In this document: one piece after another, positions 8,353 through 17,399 of the stretch
Numbering within the stretch: the first letter of the stretch is position 1
How the letters are laid out: each line of letters starts with the position of its first letter
Assembly: GCA_016285345.1 (NCBI GenBank)
Contig: JAEEQN010000002.1
Coordinates: 18,290 to 82,289, forward strand
DNA from: Victivallales bacterium
Lineage (GTDB): Bacteria; Verrucomicrobiota; Lentisphaeria; Victivallales; UBA1829
Length of the DNA: 64,000 bases
Direction of reading: 5' to 3'
Notes under the pieces: generated by a model
What the model saw: the letters and a program-made list of their open reading frames with translations, nothing else
Database searches by the model: none
What the model was told of the DNA's origin: nothing
Position numbers and translations under genes: made by a program

Positions 8353-9771
8353 ATGATGAAGGCGCTTCTTTACTGTCCTGTTCGCGGCAATACGGAATGG
8401 AACCGTTATTTTCCCGGATATCCGGTGTACATGCTGCCGTTCGCGAACAAACCGGCGATTGAGTTTATGCTGGATTATTGCATCCTGAGCGGAATCCGGG
8501 ATGTCCGGATCGTGTCCGACGAGGAATCGGACATCTTGCGTGCGCAGTACAGAAACGGCGAGATGTTCGGCCTGAACATTAGTTTTGGCGGGATGCCCCC
8601 CGGTCAGTCGATCAAGCTCACAATCCGGCAGAATATGGCATTTTGCCGCGGCTGCGATCTTCTCGTTTTTTCCGGGCTGTTCCTGCCCGAATACGACAAG
8701 CGGAATCCGCGCGAACTGAGCATAGGAGCGGATGAAGTGAAAGGTTGTTCGGACGGTTCCGCGGCCTGGTATTTGATAGGTCATGGAATACTTGACAATC
8801 TGCCGGACGACATGAGCGGACTCCGGGACGATGCTCCGGTATCCGGGGCATCCGTCACGGATATTCACGGGTACTACATGCACAACATGCGTCTGGCCGG
8901 AAGCGACATTGAGAAGTATAATCTTCCGGGATTCAGCGAGGGAAAACACAGTTTCGTCGGATACGATGTCCGGATTTCCCGTTCTGCCCGCGTCAAGTCT
9001 CCGGTCATCCTCGGGAACGGAATTCAGTTCGGGCACGGGGTCCATGCCGGACCGAACATCATTGTGGGCGACAACTGCATCATCGACAACGGCGCGACGG
9101 TTTTGAATTCGGTTGTCCTCGGCAATACCTATGTCGGACGGAATGTTGAGATCAGCGGGAAGATATGCAGCGGAAATCACCTCATTGATCCTGAATCGGG
9201 AACCTGTTTTGTCGTCCCGAACGAATCGGTTCTTTCCGAAGTTGAGCCGGACGAGTACGGCAGATGTCCGGTCTATCAGCGGATTCTTGCGCTGCTTCTG
9301 CTTCTGCTTCAGACTCTGCCTTATGTCCTGCTGAGGCCGTTTCTGGAGATTCACTCCACGCTGGCGGAATGCCTGATGGGGAACGGACGAAAACGTACTG
9401 TATCCGTGAACAGATATGTCCTGCCGCAGGACAGTCTGGCGGGGAGGCTTTTCCGCGGCCTGACCCTGAACAAATATCATCTGCTGTTCTTTGCCGTGGC
9501 CGGAAAACTTCGTCTGGTCGGAAACCGCCTTCTTGAGGTTACGGATCACAACGAAGCGTTCATCCGGGATTTGCCCGGTTATGCGCCCGGCGTTTTTTCC
9601 TGCAGCGAATATCTCGGCCACGAGAATGAACCATATCAAATCGAACTTGACGAGCATTTCTACGCATACGCGATGAACTGCTGGTTCAACATTAAGATAC
9701 TGCTGGGAGTTCTGCGGCACAATCTGAGCTCAGATGACCGTATTCCGCAACAGAGAGGAGTTTTTGAATGA
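8353..9771 (+). CDS. Three-part protein: nucleotidyltransferase-like N-terminus, left-handed beta-helix (hexapeptide) middle, degenerate sugar-transferase-like C-terminus
   Basis: The N-terminus resembles NDP-sugar pyrophosphorylases. Hexapeptide repeats are present (IGNGIQFGHGVHAGPNIIVGDNCIIDNGATVLNSVVLGNTYVG). The C-terminus aligns by eye to the upstream transferase, but LNKYHLLFFAVAGKLRLVGNRL replaces [22 protein letters not shown]. Confidence 0.65.
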   Translation: MMKALLYCPVRGNTEWNRYFPGYPVYMLPFANKPAIEFMLDYCILSGIRDVRIVSDEESDILRAQYRNGEMFGLNISFGGMPPGQSIKLTIRQNMAFCRGCDLLVFSGLFLPEYDKRNPRELSIGADEVKGCSDGSAAWYLIGHGILDNLPDDMSGLRDDAPVSGASVTDIHGYYMHNMRLAGSDIEKYNLPGFSEGKHSFVGYDVRISRSARVKSPVILGNGIQFGHGVHAGPNIIVGDNCIIDNGATVLNSVVLGNTYVGRNVEISGKICSGNHLIDPESGTCFVVPNESVLSEVEPDEYGRCPVYQRILALLLLLLQTLPYVLLRPFLEIHSTLAECLMGNGRKRTVSVNRYVLPQDSLAGRLFRGLTLNKYHLLFFAVAGKLRLVGNRLLEVTDHNEAFIRDLPGYAPGVFSCSEYLGHENEPYQIELDEHFYAYAMNCWFNIKILLGVLRHNLSSDDRIPQQRGVFE

Positions 9772-11858
9772 TTTTGTCAGACAAAGGCGATGCTGAAACC
9801 TTCCGGGACATTATTGCTACGGAACAGGAGAGTACCGAACCCGCGCTTATACGTTTTATCCGTTTGTTCAGGCGGGATATCTGGTGCTGGGTCAATGCCG
9901 TCCAGAAAATGTGGTGGCTGTTTGCTCTTTTCCCGTTCCTTTTTGCGGTCTCAATGTTCTTTATCCGCACAATGACCACTACCAACGTGTATGTGGCAAA
10001 TTGCGGTCTGATCCGTCAGCAGGTAACGGATACGAAAAATGGTATTTTGCCGCCCGGATATGTGAATATCCAGAAATCCGTTATCATGAATCTGTTCAAG
10101 AGTCGGGCCGTGCTGGAGGAGACGGTCAAGCGTCTTAGCCTTCCCTATTCGGCGGAACAGCTTTTCAACAATATCAGGGTTCAGTCGGAAAAGAACTCCG
10201 ATTACTTTTTTGTGTCCGCATCGTCCAAGGACCCGACGATGTCCGCGGCATTGGCCAATACGTTGGCCGACGTTTTTATTGAGGAGTACAAGAAACTGAT
10301 CCGGAAGAATCTGGAAGACCTGCGCGACAGCTATACCCGGACTCAAAACGAAATAGAAAAGCAACTGGAGGAGCTTAACGAAAAGCTCAAGACTTTATGT
10401 GCGGAGAACAATCTTACGACGATTGAGAGCGACATCGCGTTCAACAACCAGCGTTTGCTTCAGGTTGAAGATTTCCTGACGCGTTCCTCATCCACACTGG
10501 AATCATCAAAAGAGGCATTGTATGAATTGCAGGGCGAGCTCGCCAGTACTCCGGAGGAAGTTGTTACACATAGAGAAAAAAGCACTCTTGCGGAGGATAA
10601 ACTTACACAGGCGGAAGCGCTGTTGAGAGAGTATGAACAGATTTATGCAAGGAACAACCCGATCCTGATCCAACAGCGCGAGCTTGTAAAAAAAATGAGA
10701 AGCGACCTGGAAAAGGCACAGCAGGAAGAGGATACGCTGGAAAACGAGGCAAACAGCAAGATCATAGTATCGCGCAATTCGGCATATACGCAGATCCTGG
10801 TTGCCATTGCGAAACAAAGATCCGAAATAACGGCTTTGACAAATGACATCAAACTCAACAACGAGATAGCCATTCAGCTCCGTGCCAGACGTGAACTTCT
10901 TGCCCAGATACAGCCTGTCATCCGCCAGCTGGAAATCGACCTCGCCCAGGCCAAAGATCAAATCAATAAGAACAAGGTTCAGATTACGACGATACGCAAC
11001 TTCCTGGACCGTTCTTTCTCTGATATTTCCATTCAGGAGCTTGCGAAGCCGCCCAACACGTCTCTTTCACGCAAAAGAGGAATATGGGCCATTATCGGTT
11101 TCGTGCTGGGCGCTTTTGTCGCTATTTCGATAATCCTCGGCTGTGAATTGTTCAACCTGTCGGTCCGTTCCAGCGTTGACATCGAACAGGCCCTCAGAAT
11201 CAAAATGCTGGGGATGATTCCTGTGTTGGAACAGGCCTATCGCGCCAACTATTACAGTGCCCTTCAGACAATCATCACAAACGGAGAAGAATACTTTTCC
11301 AATATCTCGCCGGAGCATCCTCTTCTGGTCGTGTTCGCTCCGGACAAGCGCTCGGACATTGATGAAAAAATCCGCGAGGAGTTCTGCGAGACTCTGAAAA
11401 TACGTCTTGGCTGCAACTATGTGGTGATTGCGCCTGTTACAGATGATGAGGCCTCCGCATCGGCAACCCCGTCGCCGGTTCTGATCAATGACTATCTGTA
11501 TCAGTTTACCGATGATGCTCCAAAACCGGACAAGGAGCATAAAGTTTTCTTCAAGCTGGACGATCTTTCGTTCATTTCCCCGTTGACGGGCGAGCAGATC
11601 CAGCGCGTCAAAACCGCTTATAAGTCGAAGTCTGTTTCGCTGATTGTATGGGATCTGTTTAATTTTGAATTGCACCGGCAACTGTTCGCAGAAATTGCCC
11701 ACAATGCCGATCTTACCGTCATTCCGATGAAATATGCGCAGACCTCAAAACTGAGCGTTTACCGTATTCTTCAGTTCCTGAAAACGTTCCACGTTCAAAA
11801 TATCGTCGGATTCCTCTACAATGTCAACAACAAGCATTACAGCAAGGTGACTTTATGA
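9768..11858 (+). CDS. Polysaccharide co-polymerase (Wzz/GumC-type chain-length determinant) with a degenerate BY-kinase-like C-terminal domain
   Basis: Two TM segments flank a long coiled-coil periplasmic region. The C-terminal roughly 200 aa have the layout of a P-loop tyrosine kinase but carry no GK[ST] Walker A (LLVVFAPDKRSD). There is a 4-nt ATGA overlap with the upstream gene. Confidence 0.7.
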   Translation: MILSDKGDAETFRDIIATEQESTEPALIRFIRLFRRDIWCWVNAVQKMWWLFALFPFLFAVSMFFIRTMTTTNVYVANCGLIRQQVTDTKNGILPPGYVNIQKSVIMNLFKSRAVLEETVKRLSLPYSAEQLFNNIRVQSEKNSDYFFVSASSKDPTMSAALANTLADVFIEEYKKLIRKNLEDLRDSYTRTQNEIEKQLEELNEKLKTLCAENNLTTIESDIAFNNQRLLQVEDFLTRSSSTLESSKEALYELQGELASTPEEVVTHREKSTLAEDKLTQAEALLREYEQIYARNNPILIQQRELVKKMRSDLEKAQQEEDTLENEANSKIIVSRNSAYTQILVAIAKQRSEITALTNDIKLNNEIAIQLRARRELLAQIQPVIRQLEIDLAQAKDQINKNKVQITTIRNFLDRSFSDISIQELAKPPNTSLSRKRGIWAIIGFVLGAFVAISIILGCELFNLSVRSSVDIEQALRIKMLGMIPVLEQAYRANYYSALQTIITNGEEYFSNISPEHPLLVVFAPDKRSDIDEKIREEFCETLKIRLGCNYVVIAPVTDDEASASATPSPVLINDYLYQFTDDAPKPDKEHKVFFKLDDLSFISPLTGEQIQRVKTAYKSKSVSLIVWDLFNFELHRQLFAEIAHNADLTVIPMKYAQTSKLSVYRILQFLKTFHVQNIVGFLYNVNNKHYSKVTL

Positions 11859-12916
11859 TTTCCAAACTCCATCGGATTCTGTTTTTCTTTCTGCCGGTCA
11901 TTTTCCTTGTTACAACTGCATGTAATACTACACCGTTCGGGGGAATCGCCGTTCCCGGAATGACGTCTGTCGAACCGAAGCTGGAAGAGGATTATTATGC
12001 CATTCAAGAAGAGTTGAAGGCTTTGCATGTCGTGAATCCGACTCCATACGTCATTCAACCGGGCGACAGTTTTACAATGAATGTCTATAATCAACCTTCG
12101 CTTTCCTCGAGTTTTATCATTGCTCCGGATGGAACGGCGAGTTTGCCGTTGGTTGGGATTATTAAGTTGTCCGGATTGACGTTGGAAGATGCTACGGACC
12201 TGATCGAAAAACAGCTTACCAAATATTTGCGATCCCCGATAGTTTCTCTTGCTCCCCAGACCGTGAGCGGGTATTATTTTACGATTGCAGGCCGCGTGGT
12301 CAGGCCCGGGAATTTTACTGTTTCCCTTGGACAGACGAAGCTGCTTGATGCTATTGCATTGTCCGGGGGGTTTGAACGGGGATCGTTTCATGGCGATACC
12401 ATTGAGCTTGCTGATTTGGACAATGCCTATATCAAACGCGACGGCAGAAAATTACCCGTGGATTTCAAAAAAGTGGTCTATGAGGGCGACGATCTGCATA
12501 ATATTCCCGTCCTGAACGGAGATTACATTTATGTGCCGTCCACGATGAGCGGCTATATTATCTTCCTTGGAGAAGTCGGCAGCAATTCCTATGTCGGATT
12601 TACCGAAGGGATGACCCTGATGCAGGGACTGTCATATGTGGGGGGCTTGAGGGCCGAAACATACAGTTCCTTCATTCGGGTCATCCGCGGCGGTCAGGAT
12701 AATACAGTTGTTTATACGGTTGACATTGACAAGATACTGCGCGGGAAGATGAAAGACTTTGCTCTTAATGCAAATGACATCATCTATGTGCCGCAGGATG
12801 GTCTTACGAAGTGGAATAGGATTATCCGTAAGATTTTACCGACGATTCAGCTCATAAATTTGCTGGCGGGACCATTCGGTTCGAACATCAAAGGATTTTT
12901 TAATCTCTCAGAATGA
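11855..12916 (+). CDS. Polysaccharide export protein (Wza-like; Poly_export plus SLBB domains)
   Basis: VIQPGDSFTMNVYNQP...IIAPDGTASLPLVGIIKLSGLTLEDATDLIEKQL and FTIAGRVVRPGNFTVSLGQTKLLDAIALSGGF are typical motifs. Signal/lipoprotein-like N-terminus (LVTTAC). Confidence 0.8.
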   Translation: MISKLHRILFFFLPVIFLVTTACNTTPFGGIAVPGMTSVEPKLEEDYYAIQEELKALHVVNPTPYVIQPGDSFTMNVYNQPSLSSSFIIAPDGTASLPLVGIIKLSGLTLEDATDLIEKQLTKYLRSPIVSLAPQTVSGYYFTIAGRVVRPGNFTVSLGQTKLLDAIALSGGFERGSFHGDTIELADLDNAYIKRDGRKLPVDFKKVVYEGDDLHNIPVLNGDYIYVPSTMSGYIIFLGEVGSNSYVGFTEGMTLMQGLSYVGGLRAETYSSFIRVIRGGQDNTVVYTVDIDKILRGKMKDFALNANDIIYVPQDGLTKWNRIIRKILPTIQLINLLAGPFGSNIKGFFNLSE

Positions 12917-12954
12917 TGAGCCGTTTTTAAGATATATTTGGAAACAGCCTCTTT

Positions 12955-14358
12955 ATGCCGATAATCAAAATAGTAGCATTCCTGTTCCTTTTCCTGTATG
13001 TGATACCGATTATGACGGTATTATGCTGCATGTTTCCTGTATTCCGGCATGCCTGTTTTGCAGGAATGCTCTATTTTACCAGCAATGAGTATTCGCTCAA
13101 TTTCGTACCGATGCCGAAGTGGCGAGGTACGGCACGCGGTTATGCGTTTACCGCCGTGTCTCTTTTTGCTGTTCCGCTTCTGCTGAGTATGTTTTTCAGT
13201 ATCAGGTACAAGATAAAATTATTCCCGCCGGGTTCGTTTTTCTATTTTTTGTATTATCTGGCCATTTTGCTTTCCGGTATCAATGCGATCCACATGCATC
13301 AATGGGGGTTTGAAGTTTACAAGATGTTCTGGATGTATGTCACGTTCCTGGCGACATTTAATTATCTGAACAACTGCAAGAATCTGACATTTTTCGTTTA
13401 TCTGGTCTGCTGTATTCTTATTATTCTTTTTGTTGTTGGTTTCTATCAGAAATACAGAATGGGCATCTTTCAGATTCATTCGACTTTCGCCCATCAGAAT
13501 TCTCTTGCGTTATATCTTGAATTGTTCGGTCTTCTTTGTCTTGGAGTTCTGATGAACGAACAGATAAGCAGGATTCTGTTTTGTCTTTGTCTGTTTGCAT
13601 TCGGAGGATCCGTACTTCTGATCGTTTTTACCTATTCCCGCGGTGGTCTAGTCGTTTATTTCGGTGGCATAGCCATTGTTTGTGCGCTTTCGATTCTGTT
13701 CAACGGTTTTTCCACCAGACGTCTGACTCTCCTGTTGATCGGCCTCCTGGTGCTGCTGAGTATTGTAGGGTATGCTCTGCCCCATATTATCTTGCGATTC
13801 ACGAAAGCGCCGGCGGCTTCCAAAAACACCCGAATCGTGCTTGCGGTCGCATCAAAACGAATGGCAAACGATTATCGTCTCGGATTCGGTGCGAACAATT
13901 ACTCGGAATACTCCAGCGGACGTTATCCTTATGTAGGAAACTTCTACGCGGAACACGTTCAATACGGTGGTATTGTCGAAACCATTTATTTGTTGGTCGC
14001 GGCCGAATGCGGCTGGTGGGGGCTCGGTATGTTGATCCTCTGGTTCCTGTATTATTATCTTTCCGATATCATCAGCATGTTTGTCCTCAGGAAAAAACCT
14101 TGTTCCGGTATCGTGATCGGGCTGTTCAGCGGAATGACCTGCATTTACTGGCACTCATCCTTGGAATGGAGTCTGAAGCAGTGCAACAATTTTGCCGAAC
14201 AGATGGTAGTCTATGCCCTGGTCGGTGTGATTGCTGTCAACCGGAAAAATATCAAAAACGCCTATAAACGGAATCAGGCAAGAATCGAACAGCAGAGAAT
14301 CAAATTGCAGCAAGGCAGACAAAGTGCTCTGCAACAATCCCGGGGAAACAGTCGATGA
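12955..14358 (+). CDS. O-antigen ligase/polymerase-family (Wzy-like) polytopic membrane protein
   Basis: 467 aa with about 10 or more hydrophobic helices. A YSRGGLVVYFGG motif typical of the Wzy_C region. Confidence 0.7.
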   Translation: MPIIKIVAFLFLFLYVIPIMTVLCCMFPVFRHACFAGMLYFTSNEYSLNFVPMPKWRGTARGYAFTAVSLFAVPLLLSMFFSIRYKIKLFPPGSFFYFLYYLAILLSGINAIHMHQWGFEVYKMFWMYVTFLATFNYLNNCKNLTFFVYLVCCILIILFVVGFYQKYRMGIFQIHSTFAHQNSLALYLELFGLLCLGVLMNEQISRILFCLCLFAFGGSVLLIVFTYSRGGLVVYFGGIAIVCALSILFNGFSTRRLTLLLIGLLVLLSIVGYALPHIILRFTKAPAASKNTRIVLAVASKRMANDYRLGFGANNYSEYSSGRYPYVGNFYAEHVQYGGIVETIYLLVAAECGWWGLGMLILWFLYYYLSDIISMFVLRKKPCSGIVIGLFSGMTCIYWHSSLEWSLKQCNNFAEQMVVYALVGVIAVNRKNIKNAYKRNQARIEQQRIKLQQGRQSALQQSRGNSR

Positions 14359-14705
14359 AGATTGCCGACCGGAAACACCGTACCGAATGCGGAGCATATG
14401 CGGATGCGCGTCCTGTTTCCTGTTCTTTGATGATTCCGCCGGAAGAAGTGTTTCTCTTTCCGTCCATTGATGAATTGCGCCGCATCGGATGCGATGCCTG
14501 TGGAAAGGCCTGCCATGCGCTGAATCCCCCGGAAAAACGACGCCCGGAAAAAGTGTTTGCCGTCTGGCCAACGGATGATGCTGTCCGCACGTCCGGTTCC
14601 TCCGGCGGGGACTATTCCGCTCTCGGCGATTATGTGCTCGAAACAAGCAGTCTCCTTTCCGCAATCCATTGCGCGCCTGCAAACGGACTGTCCGGGATCT
14701 GCTGA
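14355..14705 (+). pseudogene. Truncated FrhB/FdhB-like (coenzyme F420 hydrogenase beta-like) protein of the kind that accompanies pyruvyl transferases; N-terminal remnant only
   Basis: A degenerate ferredoxin-like motif (GCDACGKACHALNPP) and VFAVWPTDDAVRTSGSSGGDYSALGDYVL resemble the first roughly 110 aa of roughly 400-aa homologues. The ORF then stops. Confidence 0.4.
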
Positions 14706-14722
14706 ACAGCAAATGAGAGTGC

Positions 14723-15955
14723 ATGGCTCTGAAAAGTGAAAGGATATTCGTGATGAAAATACTGTTGGGCGGCGTACCGTTCGGTTGCGACAATATCGGC
14801 GACGAGGCGATCCTGGCTTCTGTTATCGGTCTTGTCCGAGACCTTTGCCCGGATGCGGAGCTTATCGTGAGCACGGGCGACCGCGCCGGGACGGAACGTA
14901 AATTCGGGGTGAGGACTGTTCCTTTATACGGGTTCAATCCGGCTGTACCCGCGGATCGCCTCGGAGAAGCGCTGGATGGCGTTGATTATTATATTTGGGC
15001 GGGAGCCACCGGTTTGTCGGACTACCCGGAAATGGCCTGCACCCTGCTGGAATCCGCTCAGGCAAAAGGCGTCCGCACGATTGTCTGGAGTGTCGGAATG
15101 AACGATGTGTTCAATCCATATTTTTTCACGCTGCACGGCAAAAAGAAAAAACTGGCGGACATGCTCAAATCCTGCTTCGGTTTCGACATGGAAAAACGCT
15201 GGATCGAAAGGCGCGTTCGTTACATCCGACAACGTCTGGCGCAAACGCTCGGGCGTTGCGACCTGATCGTCCTGCGCGATCCGAAATCCCTTGAGGTACT
15301 TCGTCTGTGTGCGCCGTTCCCGGACGCCGTTGCCGGATCCGATACCGCAATCCTTCAAAAACAATGCGCGCCGGAAGCGCTTCCCTGGGGAGAATCCGAG
15401 CGGAATCTTTTCCGGTCGGCCTCAATTCGGATGGCCGTCTGCGTGTCGGAACAGAACCGTATCCGCGAGTTCGACAAGTTCACCGGCTGGCTTGACGGCA
15501 TGATCGAAACGCACCCCGGGCTGCTCATCGTGACGATCCCGATGAACCCGAAAAAGGATTTCCGTGTGATGGAGGAGATGAAACAGCGCTTGAGGCATCA
15601 GGACCGTATCCTGTCGCTTCGTTTCCTTGAACCGGAGGAAGTCCAGGCCGTTGCGGCGGAATGCTCCGTGATCGTGAGCAGCCGTCTGCACCTGCTGATC
15701 CTGGGACTGAACAACCTTGTGCCCGGCGTCGGCATCGCCCGCGGCAGCAAGATCGAATATTTCCTCTCCCGGTTCGGCCTTACGACCGCGGGGACCACCG
15801 ATGCGCTCGACCTGCCGCGCCTGACCGAATCCGTGGAATGGACGTTGACGCATCAGAATGAATTCAAACAGCGCGCCGCATCCGTCCGTGCCGGTCTGCT
15901 TGCGGACTTGGACCGTGCGAAAGAGCTTCTGAAACAGACATTGACATCCTCATAA
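14723..15955 (+). CDS. Polysaccharide pyruvyl transferase family protein (CsaB/WcaK-like)
   Basis: MKILLGGVPFGCDNIGDEAILASVIGLV is a typical N-terminus, and SSRLHLLILGL is a conserved C-terminal motif. The likely true start is ATG 14753. Confidence 0.7.
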   Translation: MALKSERIFVMKILLGGVPFGCDNIGDEAILASVIGLVRDLCPDAELIVSTGDRAGTERKFGVRTVPLYGFNPAVPADRLGEALDGVDYYIWAGATGLSDYPEMACTLLESAQAKGVRTIVWSVGMNDVFNPYFFTLHGKKKKLADMLKSCFGFDMEKRWIERRVRYIRQRLAQTLGRCDLIVLRDPKSLEVLRLCAPFPDAVAGSDTAILQKQCAPEALPWGESERNLFRSASIRMAVCVSEQNRIREFDKFTGWLDGMIETHPGLLIVTIPMNPKKDFRVMEEMKQRLRHQDRILSLRFLEPEEVQAVAAECSVIVSSRLHLLILGLNNLVPGVGIARGSKIEYFLSRFGLTTAGTTDALDLPRLTESVEWTLTHQNEFKQRAASVRAGLLADLDRAKELLKQTLTSS

Positions 15956-15985
15956 TCCGTCCCGGCATCGCCGGATTCGTTTTTC
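15954..15985 (+). terminator. Candidate rho-independent terminator at the end of the polysaccharide locus
   Basis: AATCCG (15954-15959) pairs with CGGATT (15972-15977), followed by CGTTTTTCTCC. Confidence 0.4.
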
Positions 15986-16004
15986 TCCTCAACTCGGATA
16001 CGCC

Positions 16005-17369
16005 ATGGCACTCATCGGAAAAATCATCGCATGGATTCTGCGGAACATCCTCACGATCGCCGCGATCACCGTGATCCTGTGCCTGCTGTTGCCGGGGATC
16101 CGTGTCGCGAAGGACAACGCGCTGAAACTGTCGGAACAGCGCGACGCGCTCCTCGTCGGCATCCAGTCGGCCGAGGAAGAGATCGCGAAGACGAAGGAAT
16201 CGCTCGAAAGCCGTCTCTCCATGCTCGACCATTGGAAAAAAGAGCGTCGGGAAATTCTGGAGAAGATGGATTCTCTGCCCAGCCCGTGGCGGCATCCGAT
16301 CGACCACTGGTCCGAATATGCCCGTCTCACCGCCGAACAGAAACGTCTGGAGCTTCAGATCGACACGCTGGAATCCACGATCGCGCGGTACAAGGATACC
16401 ATTGATCGGCTCGACAAAAACCGCCAGCTGCTGGTGTTTCAGCTTGAAAGCGTGACGCGGTCCCTAACGGAATCCGTCTCGAACGAGTGGAACACGAACG
16501 GCCTCCGCATCCTCCTTTTCACCATCTGTTTTGTGCTGCTCACCCCGCCGCTCTGGCTCGTGTTCATGTACTACGGCGTAGCCGCGCTGATCGAAAAGTT
16601 CCCGCCGATCCGCATCAAAGTCAAGGATGACGGTGCGCACGAGCCTGTGTTCCATCGCGCCGCCCGAAGTATCACGTTCACGATCCCCGAGGGGCGGAAG
16701 TTCTATCTGCGGGCGCAGGGCGGCGACTGGGGCAAGGAACGGCGCGACGTGACGTGCCGGACCAAGTTCATGTGGCGCTGGGGCGCGCCGCTTGTGTCCG
16801 TTGCGTCCGACCTGGTGGAACTGCTCGCCTACCGCAACGAACCCGGCGCGAAGAATTCCGGCCAGATCAAGCTGACGTCCCCGAAAGACGACGAGGTCTA
16901 CATCCAGCAGATCGAACTGAACGGCGGCCAGGGGCTGGTCCTGACGCCGCGCCACGTGATCGGCCTGACCGACGACGTGGAGGTCCGAACGATCTGGAGT
17001 TTCAAGCTCCATAACCTCATTTCCATGCGCCTGCGCCACATCGTCTTTTTCGGCACCGGCACGATCTTCATCATCGGCGGACGCGGCATCGACGTCCAGC
17101 GGATCGAACCGGGTTCCTCCGCGGTGCATAAGATCGAGGACGGCGTACTGGTCGGTTACGTGCCCGGCGCGGCGTATTCCCTTTGCCGCACGCAGACCTT
17201 CTGGGCGTATTTCCGCGGCATGACCTCGCTCTTGGATTACAAGCTCTGCGGCGGCACGTTCCTCACGCAGAATCTGGTCGGGCGGAACGAAAAGGAAGTC
17301 CTCGGGAGCGGCCTCGACCGGTTCCTGTCCGTCCTGCTGAACGGCATCGGAAAGCTGCTCGGTTTCTGA
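16005..17369 (+). CDS. Hypothetical membrane protein: N-terminal TM, coiled coil, TM hairpin, beta-rich C-terminal domain
   Basis: 454-aa ORF with good coding character. Heptad-like region (LKLSEQRDALLVGIQSAEEEIAKTKESLESRLSML). TM pair (ILLFTICFVLLTPPLWLVFMYYGVAALI). No catalytic motif recognised. Confidence 0.6.
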   Translation: MALIGKIIAWILRNILTIAAITVILCLLLPGIRVAKDNALKLSEQRDALLVGIQSAEEEIAKTKESLESRLSMLDHWKKERREILEKMDSLPSPWRHPIDHWSEYARLTAEQKRLELQIDTLESTIARYKDTIDRLDKNRQLLVFQLESVTRSLTESVSNEWNTNGLRILLFTICFVLLTPPLWLVFMYYGVAALIEKFPPIRIKVKDDGAHEPVFHRAARSITFTIPEGRKFYLRAQGGDWGKERRDVTCRTKFMWRWGAPLVSVASDLVELLAYRNEPGAKNSGQIKLTSPKDDEVYIQQIELNGGQGLVLTPRHVIGLTDDVEVRTIWSFKLHNLISMRLRHIVFFGTGTIFIIGGRGIDVQRIEPGSSAVHKIEDGVLVGYVPGAAYSLCRTQTFWAYFRGMTSLLDYKLCGGTFLTQNLVGRNEKEVLGSGLDRFLSVLLNGIGKLLGF

Positions 17370-17399
17370 GGCGTAAGAAAGAGGTGCGGATGTCCGGCC

